Shown: positions 1-8,536 of the stretch, piece after piece
How positions within the stretch are numbered: the first letter of the stretch is position 1
Layout: every line of letters begins with the position of its first letter
Source of the DNA: an uncultured Rickettsiales bacterium
GTDB lineage: Bacteria; Myxococcota_A; UBA796; UBA9615
Assembly: GCA_964512375.1 (NCBI GenBank)
Contig: CAZEIY010000002.1
Coordinates: 1-36,780, forward strand
Direction: 5' to 3'
DNA: 36,780 nucleotides
Position numbers and translations under genes: made by a program
The notes under the pieces: model-generated
The model's database searches: none
The model's input: the letters and a program-made list of their open reading frames with translations, nothing else
What the model was told of the DNA's origin: nothing

Positions 1-805
1 GAGAGATGTCCTGGAGAGCAGCCTTAGCTCCGCACGTGTTCACCTCGCGGTTCATCTCCTGAACAAGAAAGTTCAACCTTCGACCGACAGCCGGCTCTCC
101 GCAAAGCGCCTCCCGAGCCTGGCTGATGTGCGAACTGAGGCGAGTCAACTCCTCGTCCACAGCTGCCCGATCGGCCAATATCGCTGTCTCCTGAGCGAGG
201 CGAGCAGGATCTACTCGTTGATCCTCAAGGAGGTCATCCAGACGAGCCCGCAGCCGCGCCTGGAGCACCTCAGACTGCCCCTCCGCAAGGCTGGCGATTG
301 TCGAACGAAGCGCGTCAACTCGGTCCAGCCGAGTGAGTAGGTCCGCTTGAAGGTTGGCTCCCTCGGCCTCACGCATCTCGATCAGAGAGTCCAGCGCACG
401 ATCCAGGGCCCCACTGACCAGCGGACCCTCTTCAGCGCTCTCCGCGACCACTTCCCGCACCTCAACTACGCCCGGCATTCGAAGCAACTCACCGATGGTC
501 AGGTCCTGCTCGACGCCGAGCTCCCTGGCCAAGCTCCGACTGCCCTCGAAGAGCCGAGCAGCAAGCTGATGGTCGATGTGCGCCTCAGTGTGCGACGCCT
601 GCGCGAGCTTCTCTCGCTTGACCAGGATCTCAACCCGACCTCGCTCAAGTCGAGCGCGCACAGCGCTCGCCAGTGCGGGCTCGAGCGCCGTCCAGTTGCG
701 GGGCAACTTGATCTGCAGATCAAGAAAACGATGGTTGACGGAACGCAACTCGACGCTGATACGCAGCCCGTCAGCCTCGACCTCTCCTCGACCGTAACCA
801 GTCAT
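1..805 (-). CDS. yicC: YicC-family protein (UPF0701), 3' end cut by window edge
   Basis: Not in the ORF track because no stop lies inside the window. My own minus-strand translation from ATG (cat at 803-805) gives MTGYGRGEVEADGLRISVELRSVNHRFLDLQIKLP...GRRLNFLVQEMNREVNTCGAKA. The MTGYGR...SVNHRFLD N-terminus and the FLxQEMNRExNT C-terminal motif are YicC hallmarks. Confidence 0.85.
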   Translation of the reverse strand, partial: MTGYGRGEVEADGLRISVELRSVNHRFLDLQIKLPRNWTALEPALASAVRARLERGRVEILVKREKLAQASHTEAHIDHQLAARLFEGSRSLARELGVEQDLTIGELLRMPGVVEVREVVAESAEEGPLVSGALDRALDSLIEMREAEGANLQADLLTRLDRVDALRSTIASLAEGQSEVLQARLRARLDDLLEDQRVDPARLAQETAILADRAAVDEELTRLSSHISQAREALCGEPAVGRRLNFLVQEMNREVNTCGAKAALQDIS

Positions 806-848
806 CGACCTGCAGGTACCACTCATCGGCTCATCCTCGCGCCTGTCC

Positions 849-2096
849 TCAGGCGGAGCGCATGTTACTACACAGCGTTCCCAGCATGCCGAGTAGTCGC
901 CCACCCAATTCCTCGGGGGAGTCTCTCTCCTGAGCTCGTCTGCGTGCTTCTTTGGCGAGACTGCTGCGATACTCTGGCAGTCTGTACAGCGCCGAGATGA
1001 CCGCTAACAGCTCTCCATGCAGTGGTTCTCGACGACGACCTTCTTCTCGCAGAGGAACGAGTACGGCGCCCGTCCCCTCGCCCAGCTCAAACTCAAAACC
1101 CGGCAGCGCGGACGTTACGACGGGGATACCGCTCGCCTGTGCCTCCAGTAAAGAAACCGGAACACCATCACGATCGCCATCCTCATCAATACGGCACGAA
1201 AGAATTGCAGCGTGAAATCGCCCCCGCTTGAGGAGCGAGAGCACCCTCTCATTGGGCATCGCTCCCAGAAGCTCGATTCTCAATCTGCCATCCGCAGATT
1301 CCTGCAACTGCTCTGAGAGAGCATCAAGTTCCTCCCGCTCGGGTCCATCCCCCACGACGGTCAGCTCGACGTCAATACCTCGCGATGCAAGAAAAGCGGC
1401 CACCCACAGGGTCAGGTCGTGGCCCTTCTTGGGAACCAATCGGCCCACAGCAATCAAACGGAGCGGGTCGCCGGGTTCGGGTGATTCGGCCGTCTCTTCG
1501 GGCACAAACACCGAGCAGGGAAGCAATGCTACGCACTCGGGTGCGAGACCCTGGCGAAGCAGGCGATCCCGATGAAACGGCGTAATCGTCGTTACGTGCG
1601 AAGCCGCATGCACCAGCCAGGACATATCCGTGATGGGTACGAACAGGTCACGAGCATGCACTGCGACCGAGACGGGGATTCCAGCAAGGAGACCTGCTGA
1701 CACGGCGTATCGCGCGGTCTCAGCGGCGTGATGCACCCGGATCACATCAACACCGGAACGTTGCCACGTACGAGCCAGCCAGGCGACTCGCCGCAAGTCA
1801 CGAAGACGGGCGTGACGACTCCAATTACCAAACACCTGCGAGTATCCAGGCATCTCCTCAATCCCAAGGGACGCAAAGACCGTCCGGACACTCGAAGAAC
1901 GTGGCACAACGCGCGCGCCGGCGCACAAGGGCTCGTGACGAGCGTGCATCAACTCATCCTCACTCCGGTCCAACGTCCAGATCTGAAGATCGACCCCCAG
2001 CGCATCCAACATCATGGCTTCGTCCAGGACGTAGGTCTCCGATGTGCGCGGTAGATAGCGCTGCAGATACGCAACACACAGGGCCCTGCCAGTCAC
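849..2096 (-). CDS. Glycosyltransferase, GT1/GT4 family
   Basis: ORF 849..2204. C-terminal half has GT1-type motifs (VGRLVPKKGHD..., LLEAQASGIPVVTS). The likely true start is GTG at 2094-2096, which overlaps the upstream TGA (2093-2095) as GTGA. That gives an N-terminus VTGRALCVAYLQRYLPRTSETYVLDE, typical of GT4. Confidence 0.8.
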   Translation of the reverse strand: MTGRALCVAYLQRYLPRTSETYVLDEAMMLDALGVDLQIWTLDRSEDELMHARHEPLCAGARVVPRSSSVRTVFASLGIEEMPGYSQVFGNWSRHARLRDLRRVAWLARTWQRSGVDVIRVHHAAETARYAVSAGLLAGIPVSVAVHARDLFVPITDMSWLVHAASHVTTITPFHRDRLLRQGLAPECVALLPCSVFVPEETAESPEPGDPLRLIAVGRLVPKKGHDLTLWVAAFLASRGIDVELTVVGDGPEREELDALSEQLQESADGRLRIELLGAMPNERVLSLLKRGRFHAAILSCRIDEDGDRDGVPVSLLEAQASGIPVVTSALPGFEFELGEGTGAVLVPLREEGRRREPLHGELLAVISALYRLPEYRSSLAKEARRRAQERDSPEELGGRLLGMLGTLCSNMRSA

Positions 2097-3205
2097 GAAA
2101 CGACCCCGAGGCGTTCTTCTACGAGGTCCCTGAGCGCCTGAGCACGATCTGTCCAGCGCGGTCGCGACATCGACCACGTCGCCAGAGGACGAGGATGAGA
2201 ACAAGCCTCTTGAACCGCCGCCACCAGCGAAGCAACGTCGTTCACCCCGCGGTAGGGGAACTCCCCCATCGCCGCACTCACCGAAGGGCTCTCGCTGGCC
2301 ACAACCGGCAGACCCGAGCCTGCCGCATCTACCACTTGCAGGGGACAGAGACGAGTGCGGGTCTCATCATCCTCGGGGTAGAGCGCAAGCCACACCGATG
2401 CAGTATCGAGAAGGTCCTCACGAGCAGCGCCCCAGGATGGGCCCAGGAGCTGAACCCGATCGCACAGACGCTCATCCCTCTCGATGCGACTCATCCAGCC
2501 ATCGTAACGGACCGCACCCTGGTCGCGCCCCACCAGCCAGAGCGGCGGCAGAGCAGGTTCTGCCGCCCAGGCATCGAGGGCCAGGTCCAAACCATCGCGA
2601 CGATGCAATCCGAGAGCAAGGACGGGGGCATCATGCGCTGGCTTCGCCTCAGCCCGTAGCTGAGCCCTCTCCACATCCAGACCGCAGGCATTTGGAAGCA
2701 AGACAACGCGCTGTTCGCTCAAGCCCAGAGCGAGCAGATCTTCTCGCAAGCCGGGGGCTGGAGTGATGTGAACGTCTGCCCGCTCCAGCGCCCGGCGATG
2801 GCTTCTCTTCGTAGGGTCCGGACGCACATGCCATTCCATGAGCACTGCCGCCCAGCGCGCCCGTCCACGCCTGCTCGCCGAAGCAGCGACCCTGGCATCA
2901 CGGCACAAGAGCACGCGATCGTTGCGTGCGAGCGCGCGAAGGTTTCTCCTGAAGATGAGACCAGCTAGAGGCGGACGATGCGGCAACCGACTCTGGTGAA
3001 GGCTCATCCCCTTCGGAAGCGCTCTCCCCAGCCAGGCATCCACTGTGTTGGGCCCGCCATCACCACGGGCAGCATCCGCGACCAGGTGAACATCGCTCTG
3101 AACGATCTCAGCGAGGCCAACAGCTTGCTGTAGCGCCTGCCAGCCTTGCGGCCTCGGAGAAGGTAGCGCCGCACGCACTGCGACCACCCAGCCAGCACGT
3201 CTCAA
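2093..3205 (-). CDS. Glycosyltransferase-like protein (GT1-fold, divergent)
   Basis: 370-aa ORF with a C-terminal VVDAAGSGLPVVASESPSV motif resembling the GT1 EAxAxGxPVVas element. The TTG start overlaps the upstream stop as TTGA (3202-3205). It sits between clear GT genes on the same strand. Confidence 0.6.
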   Translation of the reverse strand: MRRAGWVVAVRAALPSPRPQGWQALQQAVGLAEIVQSDVHLVADAARGDGGPNTVDAWLGRALPKGMSLHQSRLPHRPPLAGLIFRRNLRALARNDRVLLCRDARVAASASRRGRARWAAVLMEWHVRPDPTKRSHRRALERADVHITPAPGLREDLLALGLSEQRVVLLPNACGLDVERAQLRAEAKPAHDAPVLALGLHRRDGLDLALDAWAAEPALPPLWLVGRDQGAVRYDGWMSRIERDERLCDRVQLLGPSWGAAREDLLDTASVWLALYPEDDETRTRLCPLQVVDAAGSGLPVVASESPSVSAAMGEFPYRGVNDVASLVAAVQEACSHPRPLATWSMSRPRWTDRAQALRDLVEERLGVVS

Positions 3206-4353
3206 GGCGCTACCTGAGTGAAAGAGAAGAGCTGACAGACCTTCTCAGCGAGATGCTCGGAGCGCCCTCGCTCCTCGAAGGCCCGGCGTCCTCCGGCCGC
3301 GAGGGCCAACCTTCGGTCCGAATCAGCGAGGAGAACGTCCAGCAACTGCGCGAGTTCGTCAGCCGCACGAGGATCTTCGAGCAGTTCTCCGTTGTCACCC
3401 GGGCGAACCGCTGCGGGCACCCCACCACTACGGCCTCCTACAACAGCGAGCCCACGCGCTCCGGCCTCAAGGTAGACGAGCCCATAGCCCTCCGTGTCTC
3501 CGTCAAGCTCTTCGCGGGCAGGCATCACAAACAGGTCCGCGCGCTCCCACGCGCGCTCCAGTTCATCAGATGGAAGCCAACCACACAGCTCCACTCGGTC
3601 CTCCACACCATGAGCACGGACCAGCTTCTTCAGGCGGCTGCGATCCGGCCCCTCACCCACCACCAGGTAGCGCAACGTCGGACGGCTCGTGACCAGAAGA
3701 GCCAGTGCCGCAATAACTACATCCTGTCCCTTTCTGGGGATCAGCCTGCCTACGGTCATCAAGGTGGTAGGCGGACGCTTCGGACGGCCGCCCCGACGAG
3801 GACAATCGGGAACGGCTGCAGGGACTACGACGATTCGATCCGCAGAGACTCCGCGGTCGCACAGCTCACCTGCCAACCAGGGGCTCAGGACGAGCCATCG
3901 CACATCAGCGCGCCAGGCATGCTCCCGGCGAGAGCTACGCTTTGAGTCCAGCACACCAGTCACGTCCCGGCCGTGAGCCATCACAGCGATCTCCGGTCGT
4001 CGTTCCAATCCACCACACTGAAGAGCCTCCGTCAGAGCCGACAGAGGCTCCCAGGTAGTCAGGATGACCACATCTGGTTGGAACTCTGGCAACAGCTCCC
4101 CGAGCCCTCTCCGCCAGTGCTGGTCACCCCTCTTCCCCCAACTCCGTCCGGGCAGTCCGTGCACCACAAAGGGATGAGCTTCAGATCCAGCGGCTCGCAC
4201 AGCGAGTGCCCGCTGCCGTGGCCCTGACCCTCTGGTCCAGACTTCGACATGAACCCCCGCCTCATGTAGACCGCCAGCAAGGACAGCGGAGAGCGTGGCT
4301 ATCCCCCCATCGCTGAAGTCAATCCAATCAGAGCTGACAAGGGCTATGCGCAT
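3202..4353 (-). CDS. Glycosyltransferase family 4 (GT1 clan)
   Basis: MRIALVSSDWIDFSDGGIATL N-terminus, VGRLIPRKGQD, and EGYGLVYLEAGARGLAVVGGRSGGVPAAV (the EX7E-type GT4 region). ATG at 4351-4353. Confidence 0.85.
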   Translation of the reverse strand: MRIALVSSDWIDFSDGGIATLSAVLAGGLHEAGVHVEVWTRGSGPRQRALAVRAAGSEAHPFVVHGLPGRSWGKRGDQHWRRGLGELLPEFQPDVVILTTWEPLSALTEALQCGGLERRPEIAVMAHGRDVTGVLDSKRSSRREHAWRADVRWLVLSPWLAGELCDRGVSADRIVVVPAAVPDCPRRGGRPKRPPTTLMTVGRLIPRKGQDVVIAALALLVTSRPTLRYLVVGEGPDRSRLKKLVRAHGVEDRVELCGWLPSDELERAWERADLFVMPAREELDGDTEGYGLVYLEAGARGLAVVGGRSGGVPAAVRPGDNGELLEDPRAADELAQLLDVLLADSDRRLALAAGGRRAFEERGRSEHLAEKVCQLFSFTQVAP

Positions 4354-5384
4354 CGTCTCGCCTCTTCGATCAGCAGCAGACAGGCGTCCAGGACATCACC
4401 GACGACAATATCACCCAGGCAATGTTGGCTGCCGCGCTGACAGCGGCCGGCACCATGCATTGAGCAGGGACTGCAGTCCTGGGACGAAGTGATCAGTCTC
4501 CCCCTGTTCTCCCAGACCCAGAAGCCCGACTCGACTGGGGTCGGCCCGAACAACGCGACCAGGCCACAGCCAAGGGCTGCTGCGAGATGCATCGGGCCGG
4601 TGTCGCCGGCAACGACGACGTCGCAACCTTCGAGATCCCTGGCGAGCTGAACGAGCGAAGCTGAGCTGTAGCAGGTGGTGGCTGGTAGGAGACCGAACTG
4701 GGCAAACAGGTCTGTCCGAGAGGGGCCCGCAAAGAGCCGGATGCCTCCACCACCAGCTGCGTGCCAACGAACGGCCAGCTCGCGAAATTTAGCTACACGC
4801 CAACGTTTGAGGTCCCAAGCTGCATCCAAAACAATGCCCAGCACGGGTAATCGGGGCGCCCCCTCCCCTCGCTGAGCAGGACCGGCCCGGTAGGTAGTAG
4901 GGACGGAAGAGGGCTGGGCGCCAGGCACCAGAGCAAGAAGAGAGAATGCCCGCTCCGCGGCAAGCAAGTGACGCTCCGGCCACGAGAGGAGCCTCTGATG
5001 GCCTCCGAGAAGCCTGGCCACTGCATCCGCTGGTCCCTGCAACAAGGGTGACCTTCGCAAGAGGGTCCCTCGCAAGATCGTCTGCTTGTCGACCTTGACG
5101 GTTTGCGCTCCAGATTGACGCGGCAGCCTGCGAGATAGCCGGGCGCTGGCCGGCACGCCATGAAGATCGAGAACCAGATCCGAGGGTTCAAGTTCATCCA
5201 GTTGGCGCGGGACCAGAACCTTCACCCCGCTGGGGAGGAGGTCCGACATGAGGTCGCGATAGTGACCATCACAGATCAGGGTCAACCCGATCTGATCGTG
5301 TGCTGCAAGCCAGTTGAGAGCAGGAAGAGTCATCACCAGATCGCCAAGCTTGCCCAGGCGAAGGGCCGTAACAGAGAAGCTCAC
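4344..5384 (-). CDS. Glycosyltransferase family 9 (heptosyltransferase-like)
   Basis: ORF 4344..5468. GT9 signature VVAGDTGPMHLAAALGCGLVALFGPT. The N-terminus LRLGKLGDLVMTLPALNWL fits the GT9 start. The likely start is GTG 5382-5384, overlapping the upstream TGA as GTGA. Confidence 0.8.
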   Translation of the reverse strand: MSFSVTALRLGKLGDLVMTLPALNWLAAHDQIGLTLICDGHYRDLMSDLLPSGVKVLVPRQLDELEPSDLVLDLHGVPASARLSRRLPRQSGAQTVKVDKQTILRGTLLRRSPLLQGPADAVARLLGGHQRLLSWPERHLLAAERAFSLLALVPGAQPSSVPTTYRAGPAQRGEGAPRLPVLGIVLDAAWDLKRWRVAKFRELAVRWHAAGGGGIRLFAGPSRTDLFAQFGLLPATTCYSSASLVQLARDLEGCDVVVAGDTGPMHLAAALGCGLVALFGPTPVESGFWVWENRGRLITSSQDCSPCSMHGAGRCQRGSQHCLGDIVVGDVLDACLLLIEEARRCA

Positions 5385-6421
5385 GGGTGCACCGCTCGAT
5401 CGATAGACCCTAGCCCTGAACTCTGCTGAACCCATCGCGCGACCACGCCAGCGTCCAGTTCCATACACTCCTGGCCAGCGACGTTCCGGCAGTGATCTGC
5501 GTAGCAGGGAGCGCAGTCCAGCGCAGCCCCCCTCCAGAGCACCTGACCACGGACAGGACGATGGCGCACGGGATCTGTCGGCCCAAACAACACCACCGGG
5601 TCAAGTCCCACTGCTGCACTCAAGTGCGCGAGGCCCGTGTCGCAGAGCACCACTGCACCACACAAACTGGCTAGGGCTGCCCACGCGGCTGGCGAGAGGC
5701 TGGATGTACCCGCATAACAGGGGGAATCAAGAGACCTCGCCAATGAGATGGCATCACTTGCATCGGTCGGGTCCGGTCCACCGCTGACAAGGATGATCGC
5801 CCCCCTTGCCTGCAGCTCGCGGCCGAGGAGTCGCCAGTTTTCCTGCGGCCACCTCTTGCTGGCCAACCCCTTTGCAAAGGGGTGCAACAAGACACTCGGG
5901 CTACCGGCGCGTTGCCACGCAGATCTCGCCTGGTCACACGCCAGCCCCCCTGGCCGATACTCCAGATCCGCCAACTCAGCGGCTGCGGGATTGTGTCCCA
6001 GGAGATCAAGAGCAAAGCTCGCGATGCGACGGTAGGCGAGCGCCTGATGCTCATTCACCAGCAGCGAGGGAAGGCCCCTGCCTGGCAACGGCCTGGGTGG
6101 CTCCGGCACAACATGACTCAACAAGATACGGCGCCCATCTGTTGCCAGACCGAGGCGCACGGGCATCCCGGCGGTCCTTGCCTGAAGCGCTACCCGAATC
6201 GACGGCGCGAGGAGCACAGCGAGGGAGTGCCTATCAGGAATAAAGCGGGAGGACATCTCAAGCCAGGGCCCCTGATCAGCGAGGAGTTCCAGCACTGTCC
6301 TATTCGAACAGACAAGCCCCACCGAGTGTCCAGGGACTGACGCGAGCATACGCAGCGCGGGCAACGCGAGCACGGCGTCACCAATGTGCTTTGGAACAGC
6401 GACCTGGATCTTCCCAGACAT
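5381..6421 (-). CDS. Glycosyltransferase family 9 (heptosyltransferase-like)
   Basis: MSGKIQVAVPKHIGDAVLALPALRMLA N-terminus and VLCDTGLAHLSAAVGLDPVVLFGPTDP motif, typical of ADP-heptose:LPS heptosyltransferase family proteins. Confidence 0.85.
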   Translation of the reverse strand: MSGKIQVAVPKHIGDAVLALPALRMLASVPGHSVGLVCSNRTVLELLADQGPWLEMSSRFIPDRHSLAVLLAPSIRVALQARTAGMPVRLGLATDGRRILLSHVVPEPPRPLPGRGLPSLLVNEHQALAYRRIASFALDLLGHNPAAAELADLEYRPGGLACDQARSAWQRAGSPSVLLHPFAKGLASKRWPQENWRLLGRELQARGAIILVSGGPDPTDASDAISLARSLDSPCYAGTSSLSPAAWAALASLCGAVVLCDTGLAHLSAAVGLDPVVLFGPTDPVRHRPVRGQVLWRGAALDCAPCYADHCRNVAGQECMELDAGVVARWVQQSSGLGSIDRAVHP

Positions 6422-6448
6422 GCCTGCTCAGCCTCCGAAGGCCATCTT

Positions 6449-8014
6449 CTACTTGCGGCGGTTCTTCTTACGAGCCTTGCGAGCCTTCTTGCGTTGAGCC
6501 TTCTTCTTGCTCAGGTCCACAGCACGCTTCCCGGTAGTGCTACCTGCGCCGAGTCCCAGAGCACCCAGCGACTGTCCTCCGGCCATGTCCTTGAGCCCCT
6601 GCAGCATGGCTGGATTGATATTGAGGCCCTGACGACGAAGACGCGCCAATCCTTGAGCCTGTCGCAGACCGGGGACCTTGCCAAGCAGCCCGGTTGCCTT
6701 ACCCATCTCCTTCATCATCGCCCGCGCCATGTTGAAGCGCTCGAGCAACTCTTTGACATCCTTACGACTTCGACCGGCTCCTCTGGCGATACGCTGACTG
6801 CGGCTGTCGTTAATGATGTCTGGCTTGCGTCGCTCGCTGCGAGTCATCGAGTTGCAAATGGCCTCGATTCGCACCAGCTCACGGTCATCGAACTGAGTGC
6901 CCTTTGGCAACATATCGCCGACCATGGGCATCTTCTCGAAGACCTCTTGCAGGGGCCCCATCTTCTGAATGGTTCGCATCTGCTCGAGGAAATCCTCGAA
7001 ATTGAAGTCGCCCTTGAGCATCTTCTCGGCATCGGCTTCTGCCTTCTCGGCATCGACGACATCCTCAAAGTCCTTCATCAAGCCAACTACATCACCCATA
7101 CCGAGGATGCGAGATGCCAGGCCCTCCGGACGGAACTCTTCGAGCCGGTCCAGCTCCTCACCCATGCCGATGTACTTGATAGGTACACCGGTGACCTCCT
7201 TGATGGACAGCGCCGCGCCACCGCGTGCGTCACCATCGACCTTGGTCAATACGAAGCCGCTAAGCGAGAGCCGCTCATGAAATGTCTTTGCAGTCCGCAC
7301 GGCGTCCTGACCGATCATCGCGTCACAGACAAAGAGGACGTTGCGTGAGTTGGTGCGGGAGTGAATGGCGTCGAGTTCAGCCATCATCGTGTCATCAACA
7401 GCGAGGCGTCCCGCGGTATCGAGGATGACCACGTCGCGCCCCACACTGGCCGCCTGAGTCATGGCCATCTCACAGAGATCGGGGGGGCTCAGACCCTTGA
7501 GCGAGAAGACCGGAATATCCAGTTGACGGCCCAGGACCATGAGTTGTTGCACAGCGGCTGGCCGGTACGTGTCGGCAGCCACGAGCATCGGCTTCTTGCC
7601 CTTCACTTCCTTGAGGAAGCGAGCCAGCTTGCCCGCAGTAGTGGTCTTTCCGGAGCCCTGTAGGCCGACCATCATCACAGCCGTCGGGCCCTTGTTGGAG
7701 TACTCAAGTTCGACGTCCACCGGACCCATCAGGCTCACGAGTTCCTCGTTGCAAATACGCACGAAGTGGTCGCCGGGCGTCACCTTCAGGGCATCACGGT
7801 TCTTCGTCTTGGTCTTAACCTGGACGATCTCACCGAGCGCCTTTGCACTGACTCGCTCGAGGAAGCCGTTGGCTACCTGATAGTCAACATCTGCCTCGAG
7901 CAACGAGACACGAATCGAGCGCACTGCTTCCTTGATATCTTCTTCGCTTATGCGTCTCTGCCCCTGGAACTTCAGGCGGACGTCACGAAAGCCGTTGGTC
8001 AGGGTATCAAGCAT
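6449..8014 (-). CDS. ffh: Signal recognition particle protein Ffh
   Basis: MLDTLTNGFRDVRLKFQGQRRISEEDIKEAVRSIRVSLLEADVDYQV N domain. GTPase motifs GLQGSGKTTTAGKLA and DTAGR. Met-rich M domain, plus a long Lys/Arg C-terminal tail. Confidence 0.97.
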   Translation of the reverse strand: MLDTLTNGFRDVRLKFQGQRRISEEDIKEAVRSIRVSLLEADVDYQVANGFLERVSAKALGEIVQVKTKTKNRDALKVTPGDHFVRICNEELVSLMGPVDVELEYSNKGPTAVMMVGLQGSGKTTTAGKLARFLKEVKGKKPMLVAADTYRPAAVQQLMVLGRQLDIPVFSLKGLSPPDLCEMAMTQAASVGRDVVILDTAGRLAVDDTMMAELDAIHSRTNSRNVLFVCDAMIGQDAVRTAKTFHERLSLSGFVLTKVDGDARGGAALSIKEVTGVPIKYIGMGEELDRLEEFRPEGLASRILGMGDVVGLMKDFEDVVDAEKAEADAEKMLKGDFNFEDFLEQMRTIQKMGPLQEVFEKMPMVGDMLPKGTQFDDRELVRIEAICNSMTRSERRKPDIINDSRSQRIARGAGRSRKDVKELLERFNMARAMMKEMGKATGLLGKVPGLRQAQGLARLRRQGLNINPAMLQGLKDMAGGQSLGALGLGAGSTTGKRAVDLSKKKAQRKKARKARKKNRRK

Positions 8015-8062
8015 CAGGAGATTCCATCTTGTGCGGTCACGGAGCGCGATATTAGCAGGCGC

Positions 8063-8521
8063 TCAGTTCCCCGTGGAGCCGAAGCCGCCGCTGCCACGAG
8101 CGGTCTCATCGAGGACGTCGACTTCACTGACTTCTACCGCAGCCACCCTGGCTACAACCAGCTGGGCGATTCGCATTCCGCGCTCGATTTGGAAGTCTTC
8201 AGCGCCGAGATTAGCGAGGAGCACTTTCACTTCACCGCGGTAGTCGGCGTCGATTGTGCCAGGAGCATTGATGACTGTTATTCCGTGGCGCAGGGCGAGG
8301 CCCGAGCGGGGTCGCACCTGGACTTCGAACCCATGGGGTACGGCCATAGCGAGGCCTGTGGGCACTGCCGCTCGCTCGCCCGGTCTCAGGACGAGGGGCT
8401 CATCAACCCCAGCGCAGACATCCATGCCTGCGGCACCTGCGCTCATGATTCGGGGGATTGGAAGGTCACTATCCCGCTCCGGCCTGATACGACAGACACG
8501 GAGCGGGACAGCGGTTTCCAT
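8063..8521 (-). CDS. dut: dUTP diphosphatase
   Basis: 152 aa with [22 protein letters not shown] and the C-terminal [11 protein letters not shown] motif, as in trimeric dUTPases. Confidence 0.95.
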   Translation of the reverse strand: METAVPLRVCRIRPERDSDLPIPRIMSAGAAGMDVCAGVDEPLVLRPGERAAVPTGLAMAVPHGFEVQVRPRSGLALRHGITVINAPGTIDADYRGEVKVLLANLGAEDFQIERGMRIAQLVVARVAAVEVSEVDVLDETARGSGGFGSTGN

Positions 8522-8536
8522 TCTCTAAAGGACCTC

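Noticed and set aside
128-1000. + strand ORFs 128..340, 347..1000 and 354..569 at the left edge
   Set aside because: The minus strand here encodes a clean YicC-family protein, but that ORF is missing from the track because its stop lies outside the window. The + strand translations are Arg/Ser/Leu-rich with no domain signature.
6386-7348. 320-aa + strand ORF
   Set aside because: Shadow ORF antisense to ffh. It has no motifs, and the opposite frame encodes the SRP GTPase.
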